DNA of 64,000 nucleotides from an uncultured delta proteobacterium (GCA_963766715.1 CAVYBH010000012.1:480001-544000); one strand, 5' to 3'; shown: positions 45,233 to 56,330, numbered from the stretch's first letter. Notes: generated by a model not told the origin, from the sequence alone. Numbers and translations: made by a program.

Positions 45233-46814
45233 ATGCCCGAATCCTCCCCGAACCGACCGACGACCATCAACCGGGCCCTCGCCGTGGGGCTGCTGGTCGC
45301 CGTCGCCGGCGGGATCTTCCTGGTGGCCTTCACCTTCTTCCGCAAGGGGGGGCTGGCCGCCCGGGACAGCTACGCGGTCACGGCGGTCTTCGACGACGTC
45401 ACCGGCCTCTCCTGGAAGAGCCGCGTGCAGGTGGCGGGCATCCAAATCGGCGAGGTCACCGAGATCGAGCTCTCCGGGGAGAAGGCCCGCGTCACCATCC
45501 GGGTGAAGAACGACATCCCGCTCCGGGCCAACGCGTGCCTCACCAAGCGCTTCCCGTCGGCGCTGCTCCCCGACGCGCTCCTCGAGGCGAACCTGGGCAG
45601 CGCCCCCGCCCCGCTCCTGAAGGGGCTGCCGGCCGAGCAGCGGGAGATCACCTGCGTGCGCGAGGCCGCCAACGTGGCCAAGCTCATGGAGTCGCTCTCC
45701 CGCATCGCCACCGACATCCAGGTGGTCTCCTCCGACCTCGCCAAGACGGTCGGCGGCACGCAGGGAAGCGTCCGGGAGATCATCGAGAACCTCACCCACG
45801 TCACCCGCTCCGTCGACGACCTGCTCGACCAGAACGCCGGGCGGGTGGCGGGCATCCTGAAGAACACCGAGGCCTTCACCGGCGAGCTGCGCCAGATCGC
45901 CGAGCAGGACGCGGGCCGGTACCACTCCATCGCCAAGAACGTCGACGAGGCCGCCGCCCGGCTGAACCGGGTGCTGGCCTCGGTCGAGGACATCGTCGGT
46001 TCCGGACAGCCCGAGCTGAAGGAGTCGGTCCAGGGCGCACGCCAGGCCATGCAGAAGCTGAACAAGACCCTCGACGACGTGCAGTCGGTGACGAGCAAGG
46101 TGGCCGCCGGGCAGGGCGTGGCCGGCAAGCTCCTCGTCGACGAGCAACTCGGCGAGAAGGTCGGCATGGCCGCCGAGAACGTCTCCGACTACGTGAACCG
46201 CATCTCGGCCTGGCAGCTCTTCGTGAACATCCGCTCGGAGTACCTGATCAACTACGGCGGAACGCGGGCCTACTTCGGCGTCACGCTGATGCCCAAGCCG
46301 GACAAGTACTACATCCTCGAGCTGATGACCGATCCGCGCGGCTACAACACGGTGGTCAGCGAGACCGCGACCACCGTGAACCAGACGACCGGCACCTCGG
46401 TCACCACCACGACCACCCGTTCCATCAACGAGCAGCGGCTCGCCCTCACGGCCATGTTCGGAAAGCGCTGGGGCGACCTGATCGCGCGAATCGGGCTCAT
46501 CGAGAGCTCGGGCGGCGTCGGCGTCGACTACCTGCTCTTCAACGAGAAGCTGAAGCTGTCGGCCAACGTCTACGGGTGGACGCGTCCCACGGTGGACGCC
46601 TGGCCGCGCACGAAGGTGTGGCTCGACTGGCGCTTCTTCCCCAACGTCTACGTCACCGGCGGGATGGAGAACCTCTTCAACAACTACAACTCCGGGATCG
46701 GGCCGCGAGTACTTCCTCGGCGCGGGCGTCTACTTCACCGACCAGGACCTGCGGGCGCTGCTCGTCGGCGGCGGCGCGGGCGCGGCTGCCGCGGCCGCCA
46801 GCACGTCGAGGTGA
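45233..46814 (+). CDS. mlaD: MlaD/MCE protein with long helical region and C-terminal beta-rich domain (frameshift near 46710)
   Basis: N-terminal TM, FDDVTGL..RVQVAGIQIGEV, GQGVAGKLL. Confidence 0.9.
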
Positions 46815-46832
46815 GCCGGGGAGCGGCCTGGC

Positions 46833-48101
46833 CTACCGGCCGATGGCGTGCTGCAGCTGGGCCCAGGCGGAGGCCAGGTCGAAGACGGCCTTCACCTCCT
46901 GCGCCTGCGCGGACGTGTAGGAGGTCTGCGAGGTCGTGACGTCGATGATGGTCCCGATGCCGGCCTGGTAGCGCCCCTGGGCCAGTTCCAGGTTCTCCTT
47001 GGCCTGGGTCACCAGCGTCCGGGAGACGTCGCGCCGGGCGCGGGCCTCGTTGACGCCCGAGACCGCCTGCTCGACGTCGGTGCGGATCTGGAGGAGCAGG
47101 AGCTCCCGCTGCGCCCGGGTGGAGTCGCGGACGCCGGTCTGGGCCTCGACGCGACCGAGGTCCGCGCCGCCGTTCAGGAAGGGCCAGGTGAGGGTGCCGA
47201 GCACGTTCCAGGAGTTCGCGTCCGGCGCGGGAAGGCCGCCCGTCACCGGGAGCCGGGAGTCGTTCCAGATGTAGCTCGCGCTCACCCCGAGGATGGGGTA
47301 CCAGGCGGACTTGGCGGCCGACAGGTTCTCGTCCGCCGCGAGGATCAGCAGGTCGGCCGACCTCAGGTCCGGACGCGCGTTCTGCGGCCTCCTCCATGAG
47401 CCGGGGAACGTCGAGGTCGATGTCGTCGGGGACGCCGGCATGACGAGGGGCCGCCTGGAGACGTCCTGGCCAACCGACTGGGAGAGGGCGATGCGCGACA
47501 GGACCACCCCGTCGTGCGCCTGGATCTGCGAGATGCGCGACTGCTGCAGGTTGACGTCGGCCGAGGTGACGTCGAAGCGCGGCCGCTGCCCCACCTCGAA
47601 CTGGCCCTGGGCCAGCTCGAGCTGCTTCTGGTTCGAGTCGACGGTCTGGTCGGCCACGGCGACGAGGGCCTCGGTGGCGAGCACCGTGTAGTAGGCGGTG
47701 CGGACGCCCAGCTCGACCGCTTGCCAGGCCACGTCGACGCCGGCCCGCGCCGCGCGCTCCTGATCGCGGGCGGCCTGGTAGGCCCCCAGGGTCCGGCCGA
47801 AGTCCCAGATGGTCTGGCTGAGGGTGATGGTGGCGCCGAAGGTGGGGTAGAGCACCGAGGAGGGCGAGGCGCCGAGCGCGGTCGCCGTCCAGCCGGCCCT
47901 TCCGGAGGCCGAACCGGAGGGCAGGAAGCCCGACCGGGCGATGCCCACCTGGCCCTGCGTCTGGGTCACGCCCGCCTGGGCCTGGGCGATCTGCGGATTC
48001 GCCCGCGCCATCTCGAGTGCCTTCTCGAGGGTGAGGGGCGCGGTGCCCGACGCGGGCGCCGGAGGCGCCGCGAGCAGGAGGGCGAGGATCAGCACGTTCA
48101 T
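46833..48101 (-). CDS. TolC-family outer membrane efflux protein
   Basis: LTLEKAL..NP, QTIWDFG, AYYTVL, ENLELAQGRYQAG. Confidence 0.9.
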   Translation of the reverse strand: MNVLILALLLAAPPAPASGTAPLTLEKALEMARANPQIAQAQAGVTQTQGQVGIARSGFLPSGSASGRAGWTATALGASPSSVLYPTFGATITLSQTIWDFGRTLGAYQAARDQERAARAGVDVAWQAVELGVRTAYYTVLATEALVAVADQTVDSNQKQLELAQGQFEVGQRPRFDVTSADVNLQQSRISQIQAHDGVVLSRIALSQSVGQDVSRRPLVMPASPTTSTSTFPGSWRRPQNARPDLRSADLLILAADENLSAAKSAWYPILGVSASYIWNDSRLPVTGGLPAPDANSWNVLGTLTWPFLNGGADLGRVEAQTGVRDSTRAQRELLLLQIRTDVEQAVSGVNEARARRDVSRTLVTQAKENLELAQGRYQAGIGTIIDVTTSQTSYTSAQAQEVKAVFDLASAWAQLQHAIGR

Positions 48102-49327
48102 TCGAACCTCAGTGCGGTGATGGGATCGAGGCGGGAGGCCTTGTGGGCGGGGTACAGCCCGAAGACCACCCCCACGAGCCCGCTGAAGCCGACCGCGATC
48201 GCGATGACGTCAGGCCGGTAGAGGACCTCCCAGCCGAAGCTGGTGGCGAGCCGCCAGGCGCCGAAGACGCCGAGCGCCACGCCGATGAGGCCGCCCGTCA
48301 CGGCGAGGGCGAGCGCCTCGACGAGGAACTGGAGCCGGATGTCGGCCGGCTTGGCGCCGACGGCCATGCGCAGCCCGATCTCCCGGGTCCGCTCGGTGAC
48401 CGAGACCAGCATGATGTTCATGATGCCGATGCCGCCCACCAGCAGCGAGACCGCGGCGATGGCGGCGAGCAGGGTGGTGAGCGTGCGCGTGCCCTCCTGC
48501 TGGGCGCTCGCCACCTCCGACAGGTTGCGGATGGAGAAGTCGTCGTCGGCTCCCAGCGGGAGGCGGTGGCGATCCCGAAGCAGCGCGCGGATCTGGCTCT
48601 CGGCCCTCGCGGTGGTGTCGGCGCCGGTGGCGCTCACCGCGAGGCTTCCCTGGATGAAGTTCTTGAGCCCGCCCTGGATCTTCTGGAGGAAGGTCGAGAC
48701 GGGCACGATCACGATGTCGTCGTAGTCCTGTCCCCATTGCGACTGGCCCTTCTTGGCCAGCACGCCGATGACCGTGAAGGGGACGTTCTTGATCCGGATG
48801 GTCTGGCCGGTGGGGTTCGAGTTCGCCCCGAAGAGCTTGTCGGCGACGGTCTGGCCCAGGACCGCGACCTTGGTCCCCGTGTCGACGTCCGACTGGGTGA
48901 GGAGCTCGCCCTGGACCGCAGGCCAGGTGCGGATCTGGAAGTACTCCGGGGAGGAGCCGAGCACCTGGGTGCCCCAGTTCTGGTCCTCGGACATGACCTG
49001 GGCGTTCGTCCGCAGCTGCGCGGCGGCGGCGCGGACGGTGGGGACCTCGGTCTGGATGGCCCGCAGGTCGTCCCAGGTCAGCGTCGGAAGGGAGCCGAAG
49101 CCCCCCATGGCGCCGCCGGCGGTGCTCGAGCCGGGGATGACGATGAGCATGTTCGAGCCCATGGCCGCGAAGGCCGCCTCGACCCGGGCCTTCGCCCCGT
49201 CGCCGATGGCCACCATCGCGATCACGGCGGACACGCCGATGACCACGCCCAGCGTGGTGAGGAAGGAGCGCATCTTGTTGCGGGTGAGCGCGCGCAGGGC
49301 CACGCGCAGGGTCTGGAGAGGATTCAC
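48098..49327 (-). CDS. MacB/FtsX-like ABC permease
   Basis: RSFLTTLGVVIG, LVGGIGIMNIMLVSVTERTREIG, YPAHKASRLDP. Confidence 0.95.
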   Translation of the reverse strand: MNPLQTLRVALRALTRNKMRSFLTTLGVVIGVSAVIAMVAIGDGAKARVEAAFAAMGSNMLIVIPGSSTAGGAMGGFGSLPTLTWDDLRAIQTEVPTVRAAAAQLRTNAQVMSEDQNWGTQVLGSSPEYFQIRTWPAVQGELLTQSDVDTGTKVAVLGQTVADKLFGANSNPTGQTIRIKNVPFTVIGVLAKKGQSQWGQDYDDIVIVPVSTFLQKIQGGLKNFIQGSLAVSATGADTTARAESQIRALLRDRHRLPLGADDDFSIRNLSEVASAQQEGTRTLTTLLAAIAAVSLLVGGIGIMNIMLVSVTERTREIGLRMAVGAKPADIRLQFLVEALALAVTGGLIGVALGVFGAWRLATSFGWEVLYRPDVIAIAVGFSGLVGVVFGLYPAHKASRLDPITALRFE

Positions 49328-50076
49328 GGAGGGTCCTCCTCGTCCTCCGGGCCGGCGGGGGGGACTTCCGCGGCCCGGGGGGTCTGACGCTCGTCGGAGA
49401 GGATGTGGCCGTCCCGCATGACGATGACGCGGGAGGCGTACTGGGCGATGTCCGGCTCATGGGTGACGAGCACCACCGTGATGCCGCTGCGCCCCAGCTC
49501 CTGGAAGAGCGCCATCACCTCCACGCTGGTGCGCGAGTCGAGGTTTCCGGTGGGCTCGTCGGCCAGGATGACCCGCGGCTCGGTCACGAGCGCCCGGGCG
49601 ATGGCCACGCGCTGCTGCTGGCCACCCGACATCTGGTTGGGGTGGTGGTCGGCGCGGCTGGCGAGGCCGACACGCGCCAGGGAGGCCGACGCGCGGCGGT
49701 GCCGATCCGCGCTGCCCACGCCGCCGTAGAGGAGGGGGAGCTCGACGTTCTCGAGCGCGCTCGTCCGGGCCAGGAGGTTGAAGCTCTGGAACACGAAGCC
49801 GATGGTCCGGTTGCGGACCTCGGCGAGCCGCTCGGTGGAGAGGGTCGAGACCTGCTCGCCCTCGAGGAGGTAGACGCCGGAGGTGGGGCGATCGAGCAGG
49901 CCGACGATGTTCATCAGCGTCGACTTGCCCGACCCGGACGCGCCCATGACGGCGGTGAACTCACCTTGCGTGATGGAGAGGGACACGCCCCGGAGCGCGT
50001 GCACCTGCACGTCGCCCATCCGGTAGACCTTGGCGACGTTCTCCAGCCGGATGAGGGGTGCTTGCGTCATGGTCAC
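49324..50076 (-). CDS. MacB/LolD-type ABC ATPase
   Basis: GASGSGKST, MSGGQQQRVAIARAL, ADEPTGNLD. Confidence 0.95.
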   Translation of the reverse strand: MTMTQAPLIRLENVAKVYRMGDVQVHALRGVSLSITQGEFTAVMGASGSGKSTLMNIVGLLDRPTSGVYLLEGEQVSTLSTERLAEVRNRTIGFVFQSFNLLARTSALENVELPLLYGGVGSADRHRRASASLARVGLASRADHHPNQMSGGQQQRVAIARALVTEPRVILADEPTGNLDSRTSVEVMALFQELGRSGITVVLVTHEPDIAQYASRVIVMRDGHILSDERQTPRAAEVPPAGPEDEEDPP

Positions 50077-50080
50077 GCGC

Positions 50081-51361
50081 CTACAGCCCGCGCCGGAGGT
50101 TCTGGAGGTTCGGCGAGCCAGCCCCCAGGACGTCGGTGATCACCAGCTCGCCGGCCTTCAGGTCGCCCTCGACGACCTCGGTGAAGGTGCCGTCGGAGAT
50201 GCCGGTCTTGATCTTCTGCTGGGCCGGCTTGTCCTGGTCGAGCGTCCAGACGGTGCGTCGATCCGGTGCCTCGCCGGGGCGACCGGCGCCCGCGCCGGGG
50301 CGCTGCGCGCCGGGGCTTCCGTTGGCCGCGCCGGCCCCCGGCGCTGCGCCCGGAGCGCCCGGTCGACCGCCCCCGGCGCTCTTCGCGTCGGCGAGCAGGG
50401 CGGGCGGGGGACGGAAGCGCAGGGCGGAGTTCGGCACCTTCAGGACGTCGTCCTTCTCGGCGTAGACGAAGGTCACGTTCGCGGTCATGCCGGGCTTCAG
50501 CTTGAACTCGGGGTTGGCGACGTCGATGACCGCGTCGTAGGTCACCACGTTCTGGACGGTCTGCGGGGCGTTGCGGATCTGCCGGACCGTCCCGCGGAAG
50601 ACCTCGCCCGGGTAGGCGTCGACGGTGAAGGACGCGGGCATGCCGGACCGGAGGCGCCCCACGTCGGCCTCCGCCACGCTGGTGTCGACCTGCATCTTGG
50701 CCAGGTCCTCGGCGATGACGAAGATGGTGGGCGCCTGGAGCGAGGCCGCCACCGTCTGGCCCACGTCGACGCTCCGGGAGATGACGGTGCCGCTCGTGGG
50801 CGAGACGATGTTCGTGTAGGCGAGGTTCACCTCGGCCGACTGGAGCGCGGCGCGGGTCTGGGCGACCGACCCCTCCGCCGCCGCCACCTGGGCGTCGAGC
50901 CCGTCGGCGTTGGCCTGGGCGGTGTCGAGATCGGCCTGGGCGTTCAGCTTCCGGGCCGCCAGCTCCTTCTGCCGCACGTACTGCCGGCGGGCGTCCACGG
51001 CCTGGACCTTGGCCTTCGCGAGGTTGCCCTGGGCCGCCACCAGGTTGGCCCTCGCCTGGTCGACCGACGCCTGGAAGAGGGCAGGGTCGATCTTGGCGAT
51101 GAGCTGCCCCTTCTTCACGGGCGAGTTGAAGTCGGCGTAGAGAGCGGCGATCCGGCCGGAGACCTGGCTGCCCACCTGGACGGTGACGATCGCCGAGAGG
51201 GTCCCGGAGGCCGTCACCTTGGCGACGATCTTCCCCTTCTCGACCTTGGTCGTCTCGAACTGGAGCTTGGGCTTTCCAGACCCAGCCTGCCAGCGCCAGA
51301 TGCCGATGGCTGCGGCCGCGACGACGACGGCGAGGACGATGAAGATGCGGCGCTTGGTCAT
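50081..51361 (-). CDS. MacA-like periplasmic adaptor subunit
   Basis: VQVGSQVSG, DVGQTVAASLQAP, LKPGMTA. Confidence 0.93.
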   Translation of the reverse strand: MTKRRIFIVLAVVVAAAAIGIWRWQAGSGKPKLQFETTKVEKGKIVAKVTASGTLSAIVTVQVGSQVSGRIAALYADFNSPVKKGQLIAKIDPALFQASVDQARANLVAAQGNLAKAKVQAVDARRQYVRQKELAARKLNAQADLDTAQANADGLDAQVAAAEGSVAQTRAALQSAEVNLAYTNIVSPTSGTVISRSVDVGQTVAASLQAPTIFVIAEDLAKMQVDTSVAEADVGRLRSGMPASFTVDAYPGEVFRGTVRQIRNAPQTVQNVVTYDAVIDVANPEFKLKPGMTANVTFVYAEKDDVLKVPNSALRFRPPPALLADAKSAGGGRPGAPGAAPGAGAANGSPGAQRPGAGAGRPGEAPDRRTVWTLDQDKPAQQKIKTGISDGTFTEVVEGDLKAGELVITDVLGAGSPNLQNLRRGL

Positions 51362-51518
51362 GAGGGCGGGTTCCGTTGCGAGAGGAGCTGGGCCCCGGGA
51401 GGGCCGTGGGGCGGGGCGAATCTTAGGCGGGCAGGGCCGGGGTGATACCAAATTCCGGTGAAGAAACGTGAAGTCCCGGAGGTGCCAACCGGAGAGGCGC
51501 GACTATACTTCCCGCCGC

Positions 51519-52046
51519 ATGAGGCCCTGGCTGAAAGTCGCACTCCTGGTCGCATTCGCCGGCGTCGCCGCCCTTTGGCTCGTGCCCTCGCCAGGTCCGG
51601 ACGCCGCCCAGGTGGGTCGGCCGGCGCCGGCGCTCACGCTCCGGGACCTGGGGGGGCGAGAGGTGACGCTTGCGGGGCTGCGGGGGCGCGCCGTCGCGCT
51701 CAACTTCTGGGCGACCTGGTGCCAGCCCTGCAAGGAGGAGCTCCCGGCCCTGGCCGAGGCCTGGCGGGAGGCGCGGAGCACGTGCGTGACGTACGTCGGG
51801 GTCACCGAGGAGTCGAGCCGGGACGATGCCGCGGCCGAGGTGGCGCGGCACGGGGTCCTCTACCCGGTGGTCCTCGACGCCGACGGGGAGGTCGCAAGGT
51901 CCTACGGGGTCACGGTCCTTCCGCGCACCGTCCTCATCGACGCGGAGGGAACGGTTCGCCGGGTCTTCTCCGGCCGGGTCTCCCGTGCGCAGATCGAGGA
52001 GGCGCTGGCCCCGCTCGTCCCCGCCTCCTGTCCGAGGAACGGATGA
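51519..52046 (+). CDS. TlpA-family thiol-disulfide redoxin
   Basis: N-terminal TM, LNFWATWCQPCKEELP. Confidence 0.92.
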   Translation: MRPWLKVALLVAFAGVAALWLVPSPGPDAAQVGRPAPALTLRDLGGREVTLAGLRGRAVALNFWATWCQPCKEELPALAEAWREARSTCVTYVGVTEESSRDDAAAEVARHGVLYPVVLDADGEVARSYGVTVLPRTVLIDAEGTVRRVFSGRVSRAQIEEALAPLVPASCPRNG

Positions 52047-52254
52047 CCCCGCCGGCGAGGCGCTGCCCGGTCTGTGGAACACCGTCCACCGCCAAGGGAC
52101 GGGAACGCGGCCTGGCCGTTCTGCTCGGATCGCTGCCGGCTCCAGGACCTGGGGCGCTGGCTCGGAGAGACCTACCGGATTCCCGGGGAGCGCGCCGGCG
52201 ACGGCTCGACCAGCCCCCGCCGGCAACGAAGGGGACGGGGAGGGGGACGGATGA
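52043..52254 (+). CDS. yacG: DNA gyrase inhibitor YacG (frameshifted)
   Basis: CPVCG...WPFCSDRCRLQDLGRWLGETYRIP. Confidence 0.88.
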
Positions 52255-53195
52255 AGCCGGTCGTCTATGCGGTGCGCGCGCTGCCGGGTGGGGTCCCCGC
52301 GGAGGTCTCCACCCGCATCACCCTGCGCGGAGGGGAGGCCCGGCCGGTCTCCCGGGAGCGGATGCAGGAGGAGGGGCGGGACGCCGAGCTGCTCGTCGTG
52401 ACCTACCTCGACAGGGTCGACGACGAGATGCTCGCCTCCCTTCCGTCGGTCCGGCAGGTGAGCTCGTACGGCGTGGGGGTGAACCACATCGAGCTGGCCG
52501 CGGCCGCCCGCCGGGGCGTCACCGTGACCAACACGCCCGACGTGGTCACCGACGCGACCGCCGACCTGGCGATGGCGCTCCTCCTCGCCGCCGCCCGGAG
52601 GGTCTGCGAGGGCGATCGGCTCATCCGCGCTGGCGGTTGGCGCGAGGCTGCGCCGGAGTTCCTGCTGGGGCGGGAGGTCACCGGCAAGACGCTGGGGATC
52701 GTGGGGTTCGGGCGGATCGGGCAGGCGATGGCCCGCCGCGCCTCCGGCTTCGGGATGCGCATCCTCTACAGCGGCCCTCGCGAGGTGAGCTTCCCCGGCG
52801 CGACCCGGTTCGAGCTGGATGCGCTCCTCGCGTCGAGCGACTTCGTGTCGATCCACTGCCCGCTCACCGACGCCACGCGGGATCTCCTCTCCAGGGAGCG
52901 CATCGCGCGGATGAAGCCCGGCGCCATCCTCGTGAACACCTCCCGCGGGCCGGTGGTGGACGAGGATGCCGTGGCGGAGGCCCTCGAGGAGGGACGCCTC
53001 TTCGCGGCCGGTCTCGACGTCTTCCGGAGCGAGCCGCGGGTGCCCGAGCGGCTTCGCCGGGCGGAGAACGCGGTGCTGACGCCGCACGTCGGCTCCGGAA
53101 CCCTGGAGACGCGCACCGCCATGGCTCGCATGGTCTGGGACGAGGTCCTGCGCCGGGTCACCGGTCGTCCGCCGGCCCACCCGGTCGTGGTATGA
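52251..53195 (+). CDS. D-2-hydroxyacid dehydrogenase (glyoxylate/D-glycerate reductase type)
   Basis: VTNTPDV, GFGRIG, NTSRG, GLDVF..EP, TPHVGS. Confidence 0.93.
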   Translation: MKPVVYAVRALPGGVPAEVSTRITLRGGEARPVSRERMQEEGRDAELLVVTYLDRVDDEMLASLPSVRQVSSYGVGVNHIELAAAARRGVTVTNTPDVVTDATADLAMALLLAAARRVCEGDRLIRAGGWREAAPEFLLGREVTGKTLGIVGFGRIGQAMARRASGFGMRILYSGPREVSFPGATRFELDALLASSDFVSIHCPLTDATRDLLSRERIARMKPGAILVNTSRGPVVDEDAVAEALEEGRLFAAGLDVFRSEPRVPERLRRAENAVLTPHVGSGTLETRTAMARMVWDEVLRRVTGRPPAHPVVV

Positions 53196-53202
53196 CCCGC
53201 GC

Positions 53203-54285
53203 GTGAAGCGATTCATCCAGATCCTGGCCGGGCTGGCCGTCTCGGCGCTGGCCCTGTGGCTCACGCTGCGGGGGAAGGATCTGGGGGCGATCTGGGCCGC
53301 TGCCGCCGATGCCAACTACGTGTGGCTCTTCCCCTACGCCGGCATCCTGGCCCTCATCCACCTGGCCCGGACGTTGCGCTGGGGCATCCTGCTCGAGCCG
53401 GTGGCGAAGGTGCCGTTCTCCCGGTTGAACGCCGTGTCGGCCGTGGGCTTCATGGCGCTCGTGATCCTGCCCTTCCGGATCGGCGAGTTCGCCCGTCCCT
53501 ACCTCATCGCCGAGCGCCCGCGCATCCGGGTGTCGGCGACGCTCTCCAGCGTGGTGGTCGAGCGGGTGGCCGACGGCGTCTTCATGGCGGCCCTGCTCAT
53601 CCTCTCGCTGCTCGCGGTGCCCGAGGGAACGCCCGGGCTCCACTTCCTCCGGATGGGCGGCCTGGCGGTCTTCGGCGTCTTCGGCGCGCTGCTGGCCTTC
53701 CTGGTCGTCGCCTACCGGAACCGTTCGCTGGCCGTCCGGATCACCCACCGGGTGCTGGATCCCATCTCGCCCCGCGTCGCCGCCCGGGCGTCGGGGATGA
53801 TGGACGCCTTCATCCACGGCCTCCGGCTCGTCCCGTCCCGGTCCAAGGTCGCGCTCTTCTTCCTCCTCACCGCCGTGTACTGGTGCCTGAACGGCTGGGG
53901 CATGGGCGTGCTCGCCCGTGCGTTCGACATCCACCTGACCCTCATCCAGTCCTTCACGGTGCTGGGGGTGCTGGTGGTCGGCGTGATGATCCCGTCCGGC
54001 CCGGGCATGGTGGGCACCTTCCAGGCCGCCACGGTGCTGGGGCTGTCGCTCTTCGTACCCGCCCAGGTGCTCGACACCCGGGGCACGGCCTACGCGAACG
54101 TCCTGTGGGCGGTCCAGCTCGCCTTCACCACCGCGCTCGGGCTCTTCTTCCTCTTCTCGCGGCACATCCGCATCGCGCAGATCTTCTCGGCGCCCGAGGA
54201 GGTCGAGGAGGAGCTGGCGGCGGAGGAGCAGGAGTACGTCGCGGGGGGAGACGGGGCGTCGCCGCGCGAAGGAGGCTCGCGTTGA
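53203..54285 (+). CDS. Lysylphosphatidylglycerol-synthase-TM (UPF0104) flippase-like protein
   Basis: RTLRW, LPFRIGEFARP, VVERVAD, PSGPGMVG. Confidence 0.88.
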   Translation: MKRFIQILAGLAVSALALWLTLRGKDLGAIWAAAADANYVWLFPYAGILALIHLARTLRWGILLEPVAKVPFSRLNAVSAVGFMALVILPFRIGEFARPYLIAERPRIRVSATLSSVVVERVADGVFMAALLILSLLAVPEGTPGLHFLRMGGLAVFGVFGALLAFLVVAYRNRSLAVRITHRVLDPISPRVAARASGMMDAFIHGLRLVPSRSKVALFFLLTAVYWCLNGWGMGVLARAFDIHLTLIQSFTVLGVLVVGVMIPSGPGMVGTFQAATVLGLSLFVPAQVLDTRGTAYANVLWAVQLAFTTALGLFFLFSRHIRIAQIFSAPEEVEEELAAEEQEYVAGGDGASPREGGSR

Positions 54286-54310
54286 CAGGCCGTTTCGTTG
54301 GACCTATAAG
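54282..54310 (+). promoter_or_regulatory. Near-consensus sigma70 promoter of tRNA-Met
   Basis: TTGACA-17 nt-TATAAG followed by GC-rich CGCGGCC; the -35 overlaps the upstream stop codon. Confidence 0.8.
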
Positions 54311-54330
54311 CGCGGCCTCCAAAGGGAACC

Positions 54331-54407
54331 GGTGAGGTAGCTCAGTCGGCTAGAGCGAGGGTCTCATAATCCCTAGGTCGGGAGTTCGATTCTCCCCCTC
54401 ACCACCA
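54331..54407 (+). tRNA. tRNA-Met (CAT), probably elongator
   Basis: Cloverleaf GGTGAGG/CCTCACC plus ACCA, CT-CAT-AA loop, TTCGATT T loop; G1-C72 is paired, so not initiator; Ile2 not fully excluded. Confidence 0.92.
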
Positions 54408-54478
54408 AGCCAATCGCTGTAGAAAGGACCTTCCGTGAGTACCCGGGAGGCCCTTCGCTTTTCGGTAGGAGGCATCGA

Positions 54479-55159
54479 ATGCGAAACGCCCTGAAGGTCC
54501 TCTTTGCCTCCCTCGCCCTCACGGCGGCGGCGCCGGCCGTGGCGCAGTACGTGTTCAAGCCGGCGTGGCAGCTGGAGAAGGAGAAGAAGGAGGAGGAGCA
54601 GGAGCGGCTGCTGGCCGTCCAGCGCGTCCAGCGCTGGCACAACGTCGTTCGCGTGAACCTCGGCGTGACCTTGTTTTACTCGGAGTACTACAACTGCAGC
54701 TACTGGTGCTCCTATTACCCGCTGTACTCCTGCGGGTCGGGCAGCTTCGTGAGCTACGTCCCCTTCACGGTCGGTCCGCAGGTCGACATCCACCTGCAGG
54801 GGATGCACAACATCAGCGCCGGGTTCAACGTCTTCCTCGGCACCGCCACGGGCACGGTCTACAACGGCTTCCAGGCCGTGAGCGCCTCGAAGAGCGTGAC
54901 CATCTGGGAGCCGACCGTCGACTACGTGGCGAAGTTCGGGCCGCCTTCCAACATCGCCGGCCGGTTTCGCGTGGGCGGCGGCATGTACATCGGCCCGAAC
55001 GCGGAGCTCGGTGCGGCCTTCCGGATCGGCGGCGGCGCCTCCTTCTTCAACCTGAGCCGCTTCGGCCTCGGGCTCGACCTGGTCCTCGAGGCCGGGGTCT
55101 ACAACGGCTACTGGATCGGCGGCCTGCAGCTGGTGGGCTCGCCCGAGTTCCACTTCTAG
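54479..55159 (+). CDS. Probable outer-membrane beta-barrel protein
   Basis: AGGAGG SD, signal peptide, amphipathic beta strands, C-terminal ..PEFHF. Confidence 0.7.
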   Translation: MRNALKVLFASLALTAAAPAVAQYVFKPAWQLEKEKKEEEQERLLAVQRVQRWHNVVRVNLGVTLFYSEYYNCSYWCSYYPLYSCGSGSFVSYVPFTVGPQVDIHLQGMHNISAGFNVFLGTATGTVYNGFQAVSASKSVTIWEPTVDYVAKFGPPSNIAGRFRVGGGMYIGPNAELGAAFRIGGGASFFNLSRFGLGLDLVLEAGVYNGYWIGGLQLVGSPEFHF

Positions 55160-55199
55160 GCGCTGGGCAGGCCTTCGGCTGCGTCCACGGGCTTCAGCG

Positions 55200-56330
55200 G
55201 GACGAGTCCGGAGCGCGGAGGGCCTGGGCGTCGCGGCTAGCGCGAGGAAGAGCACCATCGCAGCGAATGGCGGACGGCCGACTAGGCCTAGAAGCTGACG
55301 TGATGTCGTTGAAGCGGCATGGCACAGGAGGACCACGGATGACGGCCGGCGCGCCGCAGGCGCGACGGCTTGCCTGGTCGCCGGAGAAGCGGCCGTCGGT
55401 GCCACCACGAAGTTCTGAATCGAGCGATCGGGCTTGAAGAGGCTGGCTGAAGAGCAGCAGCGCCAGGTGTGGTGTCCGCCGTGCGATGTCGCGAGGTGCG
55501 CCCACAGGAGCGCGGCGACGCCAGGGTCGAGCCAGGAAGGTAGCGCGGCGCGGGCGACCACGCCGAAGATGGACGCTTGCCGTAGCGGCCGTGGAGGTCT
55601 GGCCTACGACGGACGTGAGTGGAGTGTATCCGCGGCGGTGGTTCGACAGTCCCTCGGTGCCCGTACCACGGTACCGGCCTATGGTGGTGGCGGGGCGCGA
55701 GAACGAAGCCGGCGAGGGTGCGCCGTCGAACGCCGAAGTACTGACGTCGGCGAGGATCGGCGCCGGAGCCAGCTTCAGCGGGACTGCGTGCGAGCTGAGG
55801 AGCTGGCGCGCAGCGAGCTCCTCGCTGCCTCGCTCGCGAAGGACGCGGGCAGTATCACCAGTATGATGAGGCTGAGCTGCGCGCATTGGAACTTGGCGCA
55901 GCAGGGGACTGAGTAGCTCGAGGAACGTTCGGGCCATCGCAGCGACCTGGCGCCGGCCGAGGGAGCGAGCCACCGTATGATCTGCGACGCCACTCAGGAC
56001 CATGAGCGCGTATCAGGCGGTCTTGGCGACGAAGACCTGCATGATCTTCGATCGTGGCGAACAGCATGGCCGTTCCGGGTGCGTACCGGTAAAAGAGCCA
56101 GCCATCGCCGATTGGATACGAGCGCCGCTCCGTGGAGCGCCCGGAACCGGACGCGCATCGAGTACGCTCCGCAAGATCGTGACCTGCACGGGAGAAGAAG
56201 CATCTGCGAGGGTGACCAGGCGACGCGGCAACGGGGTGGCATCGACCAGCCAGTCCCTTGCTGGCCGTTCGAGGGTTGCCATGATGCGGGCGGTGCTCCG
56301 TCCCGTCGAGAAGGGGACGAACGAGGCTCC
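55200..56330 (-). pseudogene. Heavily disrupted GT87/DUF2029-like membrane glycosyltransferase (ends approximate)
   Basis: Fragments GHD...YPIGDGWLFYRYAPGTAMLF...VAKTA across frames; no intact ORF. Confidence 0.45.
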
